Part shown: one piece after another, positions 36,764 through 48,046 of the stretch
Layout of the letters: each line of letters starts with the position of its first letter
Position numbering within the stretch: the stretch's first letter is position 1
Virus record (IMG/VR): IMGVR_UViG_3300020190_000010
Span: 1-64,000 of that record
From: a virus
DNA length: 64,000 nt
Strand: one strand, 5' to 3'
The notes under the pieces: model-generated
What the model was told of the DNA's origin: nothing
The model's input: the letters and a program-made list of their open reading frames with translations, nothing else
Databases searched by the model: none
Program-made: the position numbers and the translations under genes

Positions 36764-39700
36764 GTGACAAATTTTAGTTACAAAAATATAGACGATATTT
36801 TATTAGCAAAAGGTCCAATTCGAGGAACCAGATTTACACCAATTAGATTAAAAAGAAAATTGGTTGTTCCTGTTTTGGATGCACCAACAACTCAATTTTT
36901 TGAATATCCTGATGCCAGTTTAGAACTTCATGCATTTTTACCAACAACTGCATATGTTGATGGTGCATCGTTATATGATATACCTTTTACAACAAAAACT
37001 GTAAATGAACAAGTTACAATTGATGGTGTATCAACAACCGTAGAAAGAAAATATGTTGTATTGGATGTTCATAGACATATCCATGAGTTTTTGAAATTAC
37101 CAGTTGGTGAATATAAATTTGTTTACAACTTTTTTAGAAATTTGGTTGGAGATCCATCAACTGATGCTTATAGATTATTTATATCCGATTTGTCTGCAGA
37201 TCGTAGAGAAGTTAGACTTTCCTTAAAATACGCTGCAAATCAAGAAGCAATTAAAAGATTAAGTGATTTTGTTTTAACATATCTATCATCAACAACATAT
37301 TTGCCACCGATAGTATTAAACTTTGGTGAAAATTTAATAGTAGATGTAATAAACATTACAACTGATGGTGATGATACATATTTTTATGCAAAATTATATG
37401 AGCCATTACCAGCAGATGTTGATGTTTATTACGAATGTTGGTTAGGTAGTCAGATACTTAAACCTTGGATAGAAAATGTATCAGTTCGTAGAGAAGAAGG
37501 TGTTGGTAAAATACCATATATTAGTGGACCTAATTTTGAAGTTGATTATGATTATTGGCTATCAACTGAAACTGATTACAAATCTTGGAATGATTTATTA
37601 TCCACAAATGTTCAAACATCACAAGAATTATTAAATAGATATGTATTTGATTACGGAAGTAATGTAAAATTAAATGTAGATTTTCGTGAGTTTAAGAACT
37701 TTATATTTTATTCTTCTGCTGCTGATAGACTTGCAAATTTCTTTTTCAAATTGGGTTTAATAGAAAATTACAACACACAACTTGTTTTATTATCTACATA
37801 TACGGGTTCCGTTGATGCTAATGTTATTAAAGTTACAAATTTAAGGGATAAGGTAATTGGTGGTTTTGATGAATTTGAAAAATGGATGTATTACGAAACC
37901 ACCGGTAGTAATTATTACACATCACAACTATCATCAACAATTACACCATTTCCAAAATATGAATTGGATATAACTGCAAGTAATTACAATATAGCAACAA
38001 AAGAGGGTAAATTTGGTTTATATTCAACATTATCTGCCGAAGGACAAAATTGGTATGATAACTTATATGAGTCTGCGAGTAACTATGATTTAAAAAATTA
38101 CAACTCTCTCAATAAAGCAATACCAGAATTTTTAAGAGATGACGAAGATAACGATGAATTTACAGTTTTTGTAAATATGATTGGACAACATTTTGATATA
38201 ATATATTTGTATACCGACCATATTTTGAAAAAAAATCAAAGAAAAGAAAATCCAAAAGACGGATTATCACAAGATTTAATATATGAAACTGCAAAAAATT
38301 TAGGTTGGACATTATCACATGGAACACAAGCAAAAGACCTTTGGGAATATGCACTTGGTTTAAGTGGTAGTGGCGAACCAATTTGGTCTGGAAAAGTAAC
38401 TACAAACAAATACCTTGCAAAAACAGAAGAAGAAAGAACAAAAGAAGTTTGGCGTAGAATACTAAATAATTTACCATATATTTACAAAACAAAAGGAACT
38501 GCAAGAGGAATACGGGCATTACTTGCTGCTTATGGCATACCAAAAACTCTTTTAAGTATAAGAGAATACGGTGGTCCAGATAATGCCGATTTCGGTGAAA
38601 CACCAAGAACAGAATTTGAAAAACAAACTTATTATCTAAATTTTTCAGGAAGTTATCCGCTACCAACAACAAATCGTTATGTTGAAGTTCCGTGGGAACA
38701 AATTAACAATGAAGATGGCAATTGGCAATATCCAGATACATTAACATTTCGTTGGAAAATGGAACCAAACAAAATGTATAAATATGATTTGGATCCAATA
38801 CAAACTGTATTGCAAAAACAAAGTGGTAGTCGAGTGGATTGGTTTGTTACTGCAAATAAAAATGGAACTGATATTGAAAAAGGAAGTTTAACTTTTTATT
38901 TAGGAAATGGTAGTAGTTACAAAAGTGCATCAATAAACGATGATTATTTCTATGATGATGTTCCATTAAATTTAATGATTAAAAGAAGATATACAAATGA
39001 TAATTCTTCTTCAAATCAAATTTATGATTTTATAGTTAAAACTGAAAAATACGGAAAAGTTGTAATAGAAAGGTCTGCTAGTATATCCGTAACTGGAAGC
39101 ACCGAATCAAATTACAATCGTGCATGGGTATCAAGTGGACAATTATACATTGGTTCTGGATCAAATACACAAACAAATAATATACTTTCAGGTTCAATTT
39201 TTGAATTGAGATATTGGGCAAAACAATTAAATGAAACTTCTTTCAATAACCATGTGTTATCTGCTCGTGCTTACAATGGTAATACACCAACATCCTCTTT
39301 CTATGATTTACAGGCACAATGGAAATTTTGGCAAAAATTTGATGTTGCAGTTACAACAAGTATACAAAGTTCACATCCAGACCAAACAAAAAATACATTT
39401 TATAGTTCTTCAAAAAATGCTTATTTTTATGGATTTGATTCCGGTGCATTTGAAAGTTTTGTTGAAACATATAATATGGAAATTGTAACTGCAGGAAATA
39501 ACACACCGTTTACAGAAAAAATCCGAATTGACTCCGCATCATTACTTGCTCCATTAAAAGTTGATGAATCATTTGCCGTTTCAAATTTTGATAAATTTTC
39601 TATTGATACAAATAAATTGATGGTTGCATTTTCACCAAACCATATAATAAATGAAGACATATATGAGGCATTAGGATATACAACACTTGATGATTATTTT

Positions 39701-40762
39701 GGTGAATACTCTGCTGTAAATTCCGATGAATATGTAAACTTAAAACATTTTGCAAGAGAATACTGGAAAAAATATCCAAACAAAAATGATTTTACTGCAT
39801 ATATTCGTTTAATTGCAAAATTTGATTTTAGTGTATTTGATCAAATTCGTCAAACATTACCATTAAGAACAAATGAAATTTTAGGTGTGGTTGTAGAACC
39901 AAATGTTCTTGAACGCTCAAAAGTAAAAGTAAATAGAGATTTTTCTGCTGAAAATGTAAATGTAGTTGATACTAATGTTTTGGATAAGGCACCAAAACCG
40001 GCAGTATCTATTTCAAGAAAAAAATCAACTTTATTGATTGGATTTGAAGAAAACTTTGGAAGTAACATTGCAAATGTTGAAGGTGAATATGATGTTGAAA
40101 CTAATTTTAGTGTTGTAGTTGATGATATTGAAGGTGATAGAGATATAAAAGCTGAAGTAAAACCTAAAATACAATTTAGAAAAAAGGCAAAAATTACTCC
40201 AAAATTCAAAAAAATTGAAAGTCAATATAAACCAACTATTAAAACAAAAATACAATCAACATTTAAGTCAATACTACCAAGTATTAGTTCACTTGAAACT
40301 ACATTGATTGCAAAATCATCAAAGATAAGTGTTCAATCAAATATGTTTTATTCTCCAACTGGAATATTATCCATTATTCCATTGCGTTCAAATAGAATAG
40401 ATTTTGAAAATTTAACTTCAATTGGGTATAATGCTAAAGAAAGAAAAACTGCTTACTATCAACAAATAGATAGATACAGAGATGATAGTTATTATCAAAA
40501 ATTTGATCCAAGATATGCAACCATATTAAGTTACAATATGGAAGCACCAACATCTTATGAAAAAATATCAACAGATTATCGTAAATCTGAAAATTTACCA
40601 ACTGGTATAAAAAATCATAGATTTATTGGAACAAAACTTCGTGGAAAAAATAATGAAGCAATAAACCAAGATTGTATACCTGCAGTAACGCCAGACGGTG
40701 GACCGGTTGTTGTTGTAATTACATCAAATCTTGATACTGACATTGAATATAATATACAATAA
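36764..40762 (+). CDS. large baseplate protein (gp7/P2-gpI-like motif, LamG-like domain)
   Basis: LNNLPYIYKTKGTARGIRALL; LSGSIFELRYW. Confidence 0.75.
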   Translation: MTNFSYKNIDDILLAKGPIRGTRFTPIRLKRKLVVPVLDAPTTQFFEYPDASLELHAFLPTTAYVDGASLYDIPFTTKTVNEQVTIDGVSTTVERKYVVLDVHRHIHEFLKLPVGEYKFVYNFFRNLVGDPSTDAYRLFISDLSADRREVRLSLKYAANQEAIKRLSDFVLTYLSSTTYLPPIVLNFGENLIVDVINITTDGDDTYFYAKLYEPLPADVDVYYECWLGSQILKPWIENVSVRREEGVGKIPYISGPNFEVDYDYWLSTETDYKSWNDLLSTNVQTSQELLNRYVFDYGSNVKLNVDFREFKNFIFYSSAADRLANFFFKLGLIENYNTQLVLLSTYTGSVDANVIKVTNLRDKVIGGFDEFEKWMYYETTGSNYYTSQLSSTITPFPKYELDITASNYNIATKEGKFGLYSTLSAEGQNWYDNLYESASNYDLKNYNSLNKAIPEFLRDDEDNDEFTVFVNMIGQHFDIIYLYTDHILKKNQRKENPKDGLSQDLIYETAKNLGWTLSHGTQAKDLWEYALGLSGSGEPIWSGKVTTNKYLAKTEEERTKEVWRRILNNLPYIYKTKGTARGIRALLAAYGIPKTLLSIREYGGPDNADFGETPRTEFEKQTYYLNFSGSYPLPTTNRYVEVPWEQINNEDGNWQYPDTLTFRWKMEPNKMYKYDLDPIQTVLQKQSGSRVDWFVTANKNGTDIEKGSLTFYLGNGSSYKSASINDDYFYDDVPLNLMIKRRYTNDNSSSNQIYDFIVKTEKYGKVVIERSASISVTGSTESNYNRAWVSSGQLYIGSGSNTQTNNILSGSIFELRYWAKQLNETSFNNHVLSARAYNGNTPTSSFYDLQAQWKFWQKFDVAVTTSIQSSHPDQTKNTFYSSSKNAYFYGFDSGAFESFVETYNMEIVTAGNNTPFTEKIRIDSASLLAPLKVDESFAVSNFDKFSIDTNKLMVAFSPNHIINEDIYEALGYTTLDDYFGEYSAVNSDEYVNLKHFAREYWKKYPNKNDFTAYIRLIAKFDFSVFDQIRQTLPLRTNEILGVVVEPNVLERSKVKVNRDFSAENVNVVDTNVLDKAPKPAVSISRKKSTLLIGFEENFGSNIANVEGEYDVETNFSVVVDDIEGDRDIKAEVKPKIQFRKKAKITPKFKKIESQYKPTIKTKIQSTFKSILPSISSLETTLIAKSSKISVQSNMFYSPTGILSIIPLRSNRIDFENLTSIGYNAKERKTAYYQQIDRYRDDSYYQKFDPRYATILSYNMEAPTSYEKISTDYRKSENLPTGIKNHRFIGTKLRGKNNEAINQDCIPAVTPDGGPVVVVITSNLDTDIEYNIQ

Positions 40763-40891
40763 TTAAAAATAACAATTATTTGTGGTAAATTATTTTACAA
40801 CCATATTTATATTGGAAATCTACCCACTATTTGTTTTGGGTATCAATAAAATGTATTTTAATATACTAATTAAAAATAAAGGAGTATTAAC

Positions 40892-41611
40892 ATGGGTTAT
40901 TTGAGCAATAGTGGCACAATCACCGTAGATGCAATTCTTACGAAAAAAGGTAGAGAGTTACTTGCTAAAGGTCAAGGTAGTTTTAACATTACACAATTTG
41001 CACTTTCTGATGATGAAGTAGATTATGATTTATGGAACCCACAACATGGACTTGGTTCCGATTACTTTGGTATAGTAATTGAAAACATGCCAGTTACTGA
41101 AGCTGTTCCAGATGAAACACAATCAATGAAATATAAATTGATTACACTTCCTCCAGGAACAAAAGCAATTCCATATCTTGAAGAAAAAAATGGACAAACA
41201 TCCGTATCAGTATACAGTCAAGGTTATTTGGGAAATAATGCTGCAACTTTTCCTGTTACTAAACTAGTGGAAATTGGAACATTCCAATACACAGGTACAC
41301 AAAGTAATACAAGAATGGATGCAGAAGCTCAAACATATACTCTTACTATTTTAGATTCAACTTATATTATGTTTGACACAACGATCCCATTGAATACAAA
41401 CAAGCAACCAAGTATGTCAGGTAATTCAATGACATATTCTGGAGTTGGTGATGTTTTGACTAATGGTCAAAGATATGTAAACTTTACAGTTAGAGGTAAA
41501 GACGTTCCAACTGTTCCGGGTGGAGTAGAAACTACAAAATCTACAAAAATTATTATTACTAATGAAAAGTATGGCTCAAGATTAGTTTTACCGGTATCAT
41601 TTACATACTAA
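40892..41611 (+). CDS. baseplate/tail-collar-like protein
   Basis: DAILTKKGRELLAKG..ITQFALSDDEVDY. Confidence 0.7.
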   Translation: MGYLSNSGTITVDAILTKKGRELLAKGQGSFNITQFALSDDEVDYDLWNPQHGLGSDYFGIVIENMPVTEAVPDETQSMKYKLITLPPGTKAIPYLEEKNGQTSVSVYSQGYLGNNAATFPVTKLVEIGTFQYTGTQSNTRMDAEAQTYTLTILDSTYIMFDTTIPLNTNKQPSMSGNSMTYSGVGDVLTNGQRYVNFTVRGKDVPTVPGGVETTKSTKIIITNEKYGSRLVLPVSFTY

Positions 41612-41649
41612 TTTTAGTAAGTTTTTTTAATAAAAGATAGGAATTTAAC

Positions 41650-42822
41650 ATGAGTAGCTTAATCTATAAGCCATTAGAATTTACTGTAGCACCAAATGGT
41701 AGAGCAGAAGTAATTACAACACCATTCATTCGTGGTATGTGGGATGATACTACAAGTGAACTTATGACATTTTTTACAAGTTCATTACAAACCACTGCTT
41801 CTCAAGAATACTATTATGAAATTTGGAGTTCTTCTTCTTTGAGTTGCGAAAACAAAGAAAAAGTTTTTTCCGTTGCATATGGTCATGTAAGTGGTTCTGG
41901 CTCACAATATAATAATGCAAACGTAGAAAATACTTCTGGCGATACACCATCAAAATCGATATACAACCAATTCAAACAAATGTGTCTTGATGGAGATGAA
42001 GGTGGTTTGAAATTGTCAGGATCATCATTCCCAATGACACATTTTTATGTTGTATCACTCAATCGTGATAAATTTGGTGATAAATTGGATCCAGGTAATT
42101 TTGAATTAAACTTGGTAGAATTAAGTGGAAGTGGTATTCCAAATAATGATTTTACTGGAAGTAAAGTTGTTCCCTCCGGATCAAATCCAAAAATGATTTC
42201 TTTAATAGATGATTCTGGCGATATTAACAATAGTGCTGTAGACGAAAGCGGTATTGCAACATCTGTTCCAAGATATATTGTTAGTGGTAGTTTGTCAAAT
42301 GGTATTCATAATACATCCGCACCACATCAATACGGTATTGTTTATCCAAGTTTGGGTATAATGTTATTGGATGCCGATAAACTAAACCTTTCAGCATCAT
42401 TTAATTCAGTAACAGGTAGTAATGTAAACGGTGATAATTCATATAAATTATTTACAGCCATAAGTGGTGCTGCTTCTTTACAATCAACTGGATTTAATGC
42501 TCGTTCAATTGACGTAAAAAATGAGTCACATTTTTATGTAAGAGTAAAAACAGAAACAAATGGTTATGGATCTAATAATCCAACTTTTGTTTTACCGCCA
42601 AATACTGTTGATGCTGAAACAGGAATATCTGCAACAGGATTGATAAAATATAGTGACTGGAGGGCAAAGGCATCCGGTGTTTCTGGAAAACCAACCGTTT
42701 ACATAACATCAATTGGTTTGTATGATAAAGACTTCAACCTATTGGCTGTTGCTAAAATGAGTAAACCGGTAAGACATGATATAAATGAAGAATTATCAAT
42801 AACTGTAAAATTAGAGTATTAA
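41650..42822 (+). CDS. tail-collar-like structural protein, paralog 1
   Basis: FSVAYGH, LDPGNF, LIDDS, C-terminal YITSIGLYD..LLAVAKMSKP. Confidence 0.75.
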   Translation: MSSLIYKPLEFTVAPNGRAEVITTPFIRGMWDDTTSELMTFFTSSLQTTASQEYYYEIWSSSSLSCENKEKVFSVAYGHVSGSGSQYNNANVENTSGDTPSKSIYNQFKQMCLDGDEGGLKLSGSSFPMTHFYVVSLNRDKFGDKLDPGNFELNLVELSGSGIPNNDFTGSKVVPSGSNPKMISLIDDSGDINNSAVDESGIATSVPRYIVSGSLSNGIHNTSAPHQYGIVYPSLGIMLLDADKLNLSASFNSVTGSNVNGDNSYKLFTAISGAASLQSTGFNARSIDVKNESHFYVRVKTETNGYGSNNPTFVLPPNTVDAETGISATGLIKYSDWRAKASGVSGKPTVYITSIGLYDKDFNLLAVAKMSKPVRHDINEELSITVKLEY

Positions 42823-42824
42823 AT

Positions 42825-43910
42825 ATGGACTCATTATCATTTAAGAAATTTACAAACGATGCACTTTCAACATCGCAACGTGAAGTAGTTACGGCACCAT
42901 TGTGGTCTGAAGAACAAAGTAAATTATCAACTGTATTTACAAGTTCCGCACAATCTGATAATGAAAAACGATATTATTATGAAATTTTTAATAGTCAATC
43001 AAATACAATAGGTGCAGAATCACAATTTAGTATTGCGTATGGCGATGTTATGGGCAGTGGTTCATCAACAGGTTCTTATGGATTTGATACATTAGATTAT
43101 CCAACAAAGGCGATATATTCTCAATATAGACAATTATTGCTTACCAATCAAAATTTATTTAAGTTTGAAAATGATGAAACATCTGAATATGTTTATATTG
43201 TTAATGTAAACCGTGCTCGTTTCAAAGATAGAATGGACACTAATACTTGGCAATTAAACTTAATGCATATAAATGGAACTGGTAGTGCTCTTCTCGGTCA
43301 AGTTGTTGTTTCATCATCAAATAAAATGATTTCATTGATAGATGATTCTGGACAATCAACTACCGAATCTGCAACATTAGGTGGTAGAGTACATTATGTT
43401 AGAAGTGGATCATTAGTAAATGGTATTTATACTGCAGATACAACTCCGTGGGGATTGTTTTATCCAGACTATGGTGTAATTGTTTTGAACGGAAAGGCAT
43501 TAGATGCATCTTCTTCATTTTCAACTGCAAGATCTGTTGCTGGTAGTGGTAGTCAATTTGGTGGTGGTGCAGATAATATATTTAGATTTTGGACATCAAT
43601 AAGTGGTGCTATGTCATACGATCCAAATAGTGGATCATTTCAAGGTGCTACCAGTGAAGTAATTGCATCAACCTATTACTATGCTAGACTATTAAATAAT
43701 GAATTTAACTATACAGGAAATCCAAGTTTTTATTCTGGTAGTAGAAATGAATTAAAATGGCCAGGTATGTATAATGATCCAAGAGTATATTTAACTACTG
43801 TTGGTTTATATGATGACAATTATCAATTATTGGCTGTTGCTAAATTAAATGAGGCGGTTGCAAAAACATTTGACAAAGAAATTGTTATTAAAGTAAAACT
43901 TGATTATTAA
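42825..43910 (+). CDS. tail-collar-like structural protein, paralog 2
   Basis: FSIAYGD, LIDDS, YLTTVGLYD..LLAVAKL. Confidence 0.75.
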   Translation: MDSLSFKKFTNDALSTSQREVVTAPLWSEEQSKLSTVFTSSAQSDNEKRYYYEIFNSQSNTIGAESQFSIAYGDVMGSGSSTGSYGFDTLDYPTKAIYSQYRQLLLTNQNLFKFENDETSEYVYIVNVNRARFKDRMDTNTWQLNLMHINGTGSALLGQVVVSSSNKMISLIDDSGQSTTESATLGGRVHYVRSGSLVNGIYTADTTPWGLFYPDYGVIVLNGKALDASSSFSTARSVAGSGSQFGGGADNIFRFWTSISGAMSYDPNSGSFQGATSEVIASTYYYARLLNNEFNYTGNPSFYSGSRNELKWPGMYNDPRVYLTTVGLYDDNYQLLAVAKLNEAVAKTFDKEIVIKVKLDY

Positions 43911-43918
43911 GGCGATAT

Positions 43919-46900
43919 ATGAATGAATACTTTGACGATGGCGTTTTCGGTTTAATTACATCTGGTGTAACCGCAATTACACAGAAGAATGCATCTGTTA
44001 TAGATACAACAATAACCGCATTACAAGCTGAAATACAAAAACAACAGGGTAATATAGATTATTGGAGAGATCTTGATAGACAAGATATTGTTGATGAACT
44101 TACTCTCATTCAAAATATCGCAAGACAATTTGTTACATTATTCAATGTTTATTTCAGATACTTAACTGATACAGGCGGAACAGGAACTCCTCCATATACT
44201 GATTGGGCTGATGAATATAATTCATTTCTTGGTGTATCACCAAAAACAATAGTTAGTGGATCACAATTACCTTCTGGTACAAATCAAAGTTCATTGGAAT
44301 ATGGTACATGGCAAAAATTAAAAAACATGCTAACTACTGGTCAAACTGGAACACCTTATACCCAACCACCACCACCACAGGGAATGCAACAGCGTGCAGC
44401 ATGGATGCAAAAACCATTTACATTACCAATTGACAATGCAAAAGATTGCATGTTTTATATTGAAACTAGAGAAGTTGATCCAGGTGGAACAAGAAGTATA
44501 GTAATTGGAAGTAATACATATACCATAAAAAATCCAACAGTTTTAGAATTTAAGTTACACAGATGTTGCAATGTCAAAGTTCCAAAAGTAGTTGATCAAT
44601 GTGGTAATTGTCCTACAGGAACAAATCAAAAATATAAGGCAAATGAACGGCACATAATAATTGATTGGACAAGATTAGTTACCGGAAAATTATCATATAC
44701 ATTACAAGATTGTCAAGGTCTTCAAACAAAAAAGGTAAATTACAATTATTGGTATGATTCAGACGAAGTTTGGGAAAACTTTTTATCAATAACAAAAAAT
44801 TACAATATAGTAGTTCCTGATGGTCAAAATGAAGCATCATGTGCAGTTGATATGCAATTTGATCCTGAGGATTATCCATATTCAACACAATCTCGTCAAT
44901 TCTCTCTTGTAAATTTACAAGAACATTTAATATCAAGAACAATTGATCCTACTGTTTACAGTAAATATCCAAACAATAGAGGAAGAGAATTGCGTGGAGC
45001 ATATGCCACAAGTCTTGGAACTCTATGCACCGAAGCGTATAATAAACAATTTGTTAGTCCTCACGGTGATATTGGTGAGTTAATTGGTTCAAAAAAGGGG
45101 ATGCTTCCAGATAATTTTGATAGAATATTTGCATATGCTTCACCAAAGTGGTTTGATTACACAAATATAGGATTCATAAGTCATGTTGAAGCTGTTTATA
45201 GAGGAAATACAAAATCAAATCCTGGTAGTATCAGTATAAGTGAATGGTATTCAAATGCATCATTAACCAATGAATTTGAACTAATTTCTGATATTCAGCA
45301 TTTTGATAATCCCATAGTTGAAAGAACGTCATGGCCTTATGTTGATCCTCTATCCTCTAATCCAAATGATAGATTATATCCGTTAGTGCCTTCTGTGAAA
45401 GCAAAAGGTGGTGGGGAAATTGCATGTCAATCACCAAACATTACACCAACTGGTTATGATTGTAATAGACCATTTAGTGAAACTAGAGGATTTAATTGGA
45501 TATTAAAAGAATCTCCTGTAAATGTTTTTAGAGACATTGAAGATTTTTCAAATGCGTATAATCAATCAACAAAAAGATTTGTTGGATTAACAGATAATAA
45601 TACATTTGACGGATCAGTAAAAATTGCATCCGGACAAATCTTTAAGATTTTTGATGGTGGCGGATCTGTATTGAGATTTAATAACTTTACAGATGTTCCA
45701 AACATCCAAGTTCCTGGTAAACCTTGTTTTGTTGGAACTGAAAGAACATACAAAATTGATATTAAACGCCAACAAAAAGTTTATATTAAATTAGAATGTA
45801 ATGCTTGGGGCGAAATTCCATATTTTTCAAAACCAACAGATGTCCCAAAAGCCGCTGGCGATTCAAGATTTGACAATTCAGATTTTACAGGAAATGCTGG
45901 TATTATATCAAGAGGACCATATGTAACTCAAATGGTTAAAGGTGGTGCTGGAACAACAATGGGTTCTTATCCAGGTGCTATACTTGAAGAATCAACTGGA
46001 CAATGGTATATTTACAAAGAAGTATTTACACCATTTTTAGATGGAAATGGTAATAGAGACTTCAAAACAATTCTTGGTAATACAATATCTCTGAATAAAA
46101 ACGGTGTTGGTTGTCAGCCATCAAGAGAAGAATGTGCTAGAACAGAACCACAAGTTGATCCAAATAATGTTTGTGGTTGCACCGAATTTATTATAGAAAC
46201 TTGCGATGATGTATATGATTCATTTACATATACAGATTTCATGGATAGACAAACGCATGTAAAAGAATACAGAATTGCTAAGGAGTTTCCTGCTGATCCA
46301 CAATACCGTTGGTTACGAGCAACAGAAAGAATATACTCAACCGTATTATCTGGAAGACCAGAGTGTAATCCTTCACCAGTTAGAATGCATCATCCTTTCT
46401 TGTTTGGTGCAGATGTGCTAACAGGTATAAAGAAAAATATAGTTTTTGGTTTATTCAATGGAATGCAATCACCGACTTGTTATTTAACAAGTTCCGTTCA
46501 ACCTACTGCATCAAAAGAATACTATTATGATATAACTGATTGTGATAGTTGCACAACAAATCCATATTATGCAATTGCTTATGGACATTATGAAGGTTCT
46601 GGATCTACAAGTATTGGTTATGATTATAGTGATAGTGCAACTAAGGCAATATATTCACAATATAGATTATTGGCACTTGAACATCCAGAAACAAGATTTA
46701 AGTTTTATGATGTTGGAACCGAAACAACACCAAAGGGAATATATGCAATAAACTTTTATAGAGATGGTTTGAGTCACAGATTGGATCCTGGCAATTTTCA
46801 AATAAATCTTGCAGGATTAAGTGGAAGTGCTTTTGCTAATAATGTTCACACAGGAAGTAATGTTCAAATATCTGGTTCAAATCCAACGATATTGTCACTA

Positions 46901-47485
46901 ATTGATAATTCCGGTGATATTGATGAAAGTAAATTTTGTTTAGAGGATCCGTATTCATATTATGATATTGTTAGTGGTTCACTTTCAAATGGTGTTCATA
47001 ATAGTGGAACTGGAAGTATATTGACCAATACAAACATAACAACTTATGGTAGAGTATATCCAAATATAGGCGTTGTTATATTGAACGGTGATAAATTTGA
47101 TAGTATTTTAGGATTTAATTCTGTAACTGGAAGTAACATTGCAGGTGATAATGCTTGGAAAATACATACATCTATAAGTGGTGCAGCTGCTCTTGGACAA
47201 CCTATTAAAGCTAGAAATGTAAGAACAAAAACAACAAATCATTATTTTGTTCGTGTTCCAACAACTGAGGCAAATTATAGCACAAATCCTACTTATGTAC
47301 TAAACGATGGTGAAAAACGCGGTCACTTAAAGTATGAGTGTTTTGTAAACGATCCAGTAACATACATTACATCAGTTGGTCTTTACAATGACAAAACAGA
47401 ATTACTTGCTGTTGCAAAATTAAGTAGACCTATTCAGAAAACGCCAGATAACGATGTTCTAATTAAAATAAGGTTAAATTGGTAA
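43919..47485 (+). CDS. tail-collar-like structural protein, paralog 3, with large Cys-rich N-terminal extension
   Basis: C-terminal ~350 aa shares YAIAYGH, LDPGNF, YITSVGLYN..LLAVAKL. Confidence 0.75.
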   Translation: MNEYFDDGVFGLITSGVTAITQKNASVIDTTITALQAEIQKQQGNIDYWRDLDRQDIVDELTLIQNIARQFVTLFNVYFRYLTDTGGTGTPPYTDWADEYNSFLGVSPKTIVSGSQLPSGTNQSSLEYGTWQKLKNMLTTGQTGTPYTQPPPPQGMQQRAAWMQKPFTLPIDNAKDCMFYIETREVDPGGTRSIVIGSNTYTIKNPTVLEFKLHRCCNVKVPKVVDQCGNCPTGTNQKYKANERHIIIDWTRLVTGKLSYTLQDCQGLQTKKVNYNYWYDSDEVWENFLSITKNYNIVVPDGQNEASCAVDMQFDPEDYPYSTQSRQFSLVNLQEHLISRTIDPTVYSKYPNNRGRELRGAYATSLGTLCTEAYNKQFVSPHGDIGELIGSKKGMLPDNFDRIFAYASPKWFDYTNIGFISHVEAVYRGNTKSNPGSISISEWYSNASLTNEFELISDIQHFDNPIVERTSWPYVDPLSSNPNDRLYPLVPSVKAKGGGEIACQSPNITPTGYDCNRPFSETRGFNWILKESPVNVFRDIEDFSNAYNQSTKRFVGLTDNNTFDGSVKIASGQIFKIFDGGGSVLRFNNFTDVPNIQVPGKPCFVGTERTYKIDIKRQQKVYIKLECNAWGEIPYFSKPTDVPKAAGDSRFDNSDFTGNAGIISRGPYVTQMVKGGAGTTMGSYPGAILEESTGQWYIYKEVFTPFLDGNGNRDFKTILGNTISLNKNGVGCQPSREECARTEPQVDPNNVCGCTEFIIETCDDVYDSFTYTDFMDRQTHVKEYRIAKEFPADPQYRWLRATERIYSTVLSGRPECNPSPVRMHHPFLFGADVLTGIKKNIVFGLFNGMQSPTCYLTSSVQPTASKEYYYDITDCDSCTTNPYYAIAYGHYEGSGSTSIGYDYSDSATKAIYSQYRLLALEHPETRFKFYDVGTETTPKGIYAINFYRDGLSHRLDPGNFQINLAGLSGSAFANNVHTGSNVQISGSNPTILSLIDNSGDIDESKFCLEDPYSYYDIVSGSLSNGVHNSGTGSILTNTNITTYGRVYPNIGVVILNGDKFDSILGFNSVTGSNIAGDNAWKIHTSISGAAALGQPIKARNVRTKTTNHYFVRVPTTEANYSTNPTYVLNDGEKRGHLKYECFVNDPVTYITSVGLYNDKTELLAVAKLSRPIQKTPDNDVLIKIRLNW

Positions 47486-47486
47486 T

Positions 47487-48008
47487 ATGATATGGGATAG
47501 AACAAAAACTCTTGCTATTTTATCAAATTTTTATGTTTACATGGTTCCAAGTGTAAGTATTTTTGGTGAATTATACAATTTAACAGTAATTGAAGATGAA
47601 TTGCAAGATCAAGTATTACGATTAGAATTTCATAACGAACAGCTGTTGCCAAGAGTTGGATTAAAAAAAGTTGTTGATAATGTTATTGCAAGAAAAAGTG
47701 CAGAATTTTTCATAAGACTAATACAAGATTCAAAATTTCATGTTAAAGATGGATTAGATTATCTAGAATTTATTGAAGGCATAGAGTATGCATTAGATAA
47801 GTTAAATTCATACGATAAAGTATTAACTGACATAGTTATAGAGGATCAAAAAGATGTATCTTTAATTGAATTTAGTGTGAATTTTATTGCTGCACTTAAT
47901 GACAAACAAAATGAAATTGAAGAATCTGAAACAGAAGATCAACTTGCAGAAACATTTTTTGATTCACCGATAGATACTAGATTTTTAATAGATGATACAG
48001 AAATTTAA
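47487..48008 (+). CDS. hypothetical acidic protein
   Basis: ORF within the structural cluster. Confidence 0.6.
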   Translation: MIWDRTKTLAILSNFYVYMVPSVSIFGELYNLTVIEDELQDQVLRLEFHNEQLLPRVGLKKVVDNVIARKSAEFFIRLIQDSKFHVKDGLDYLEFIEGIEYALDKLNSYDKVLTDIVIEDQKDVSLIEFSVNFIAALNDKQNEIEESETEDQLAETFFDSPIDTRFLIDDTEI

Positions 48009-48046
48009 TATACAAAAATTATTTATTAAAAATAAAATGGTTACAA

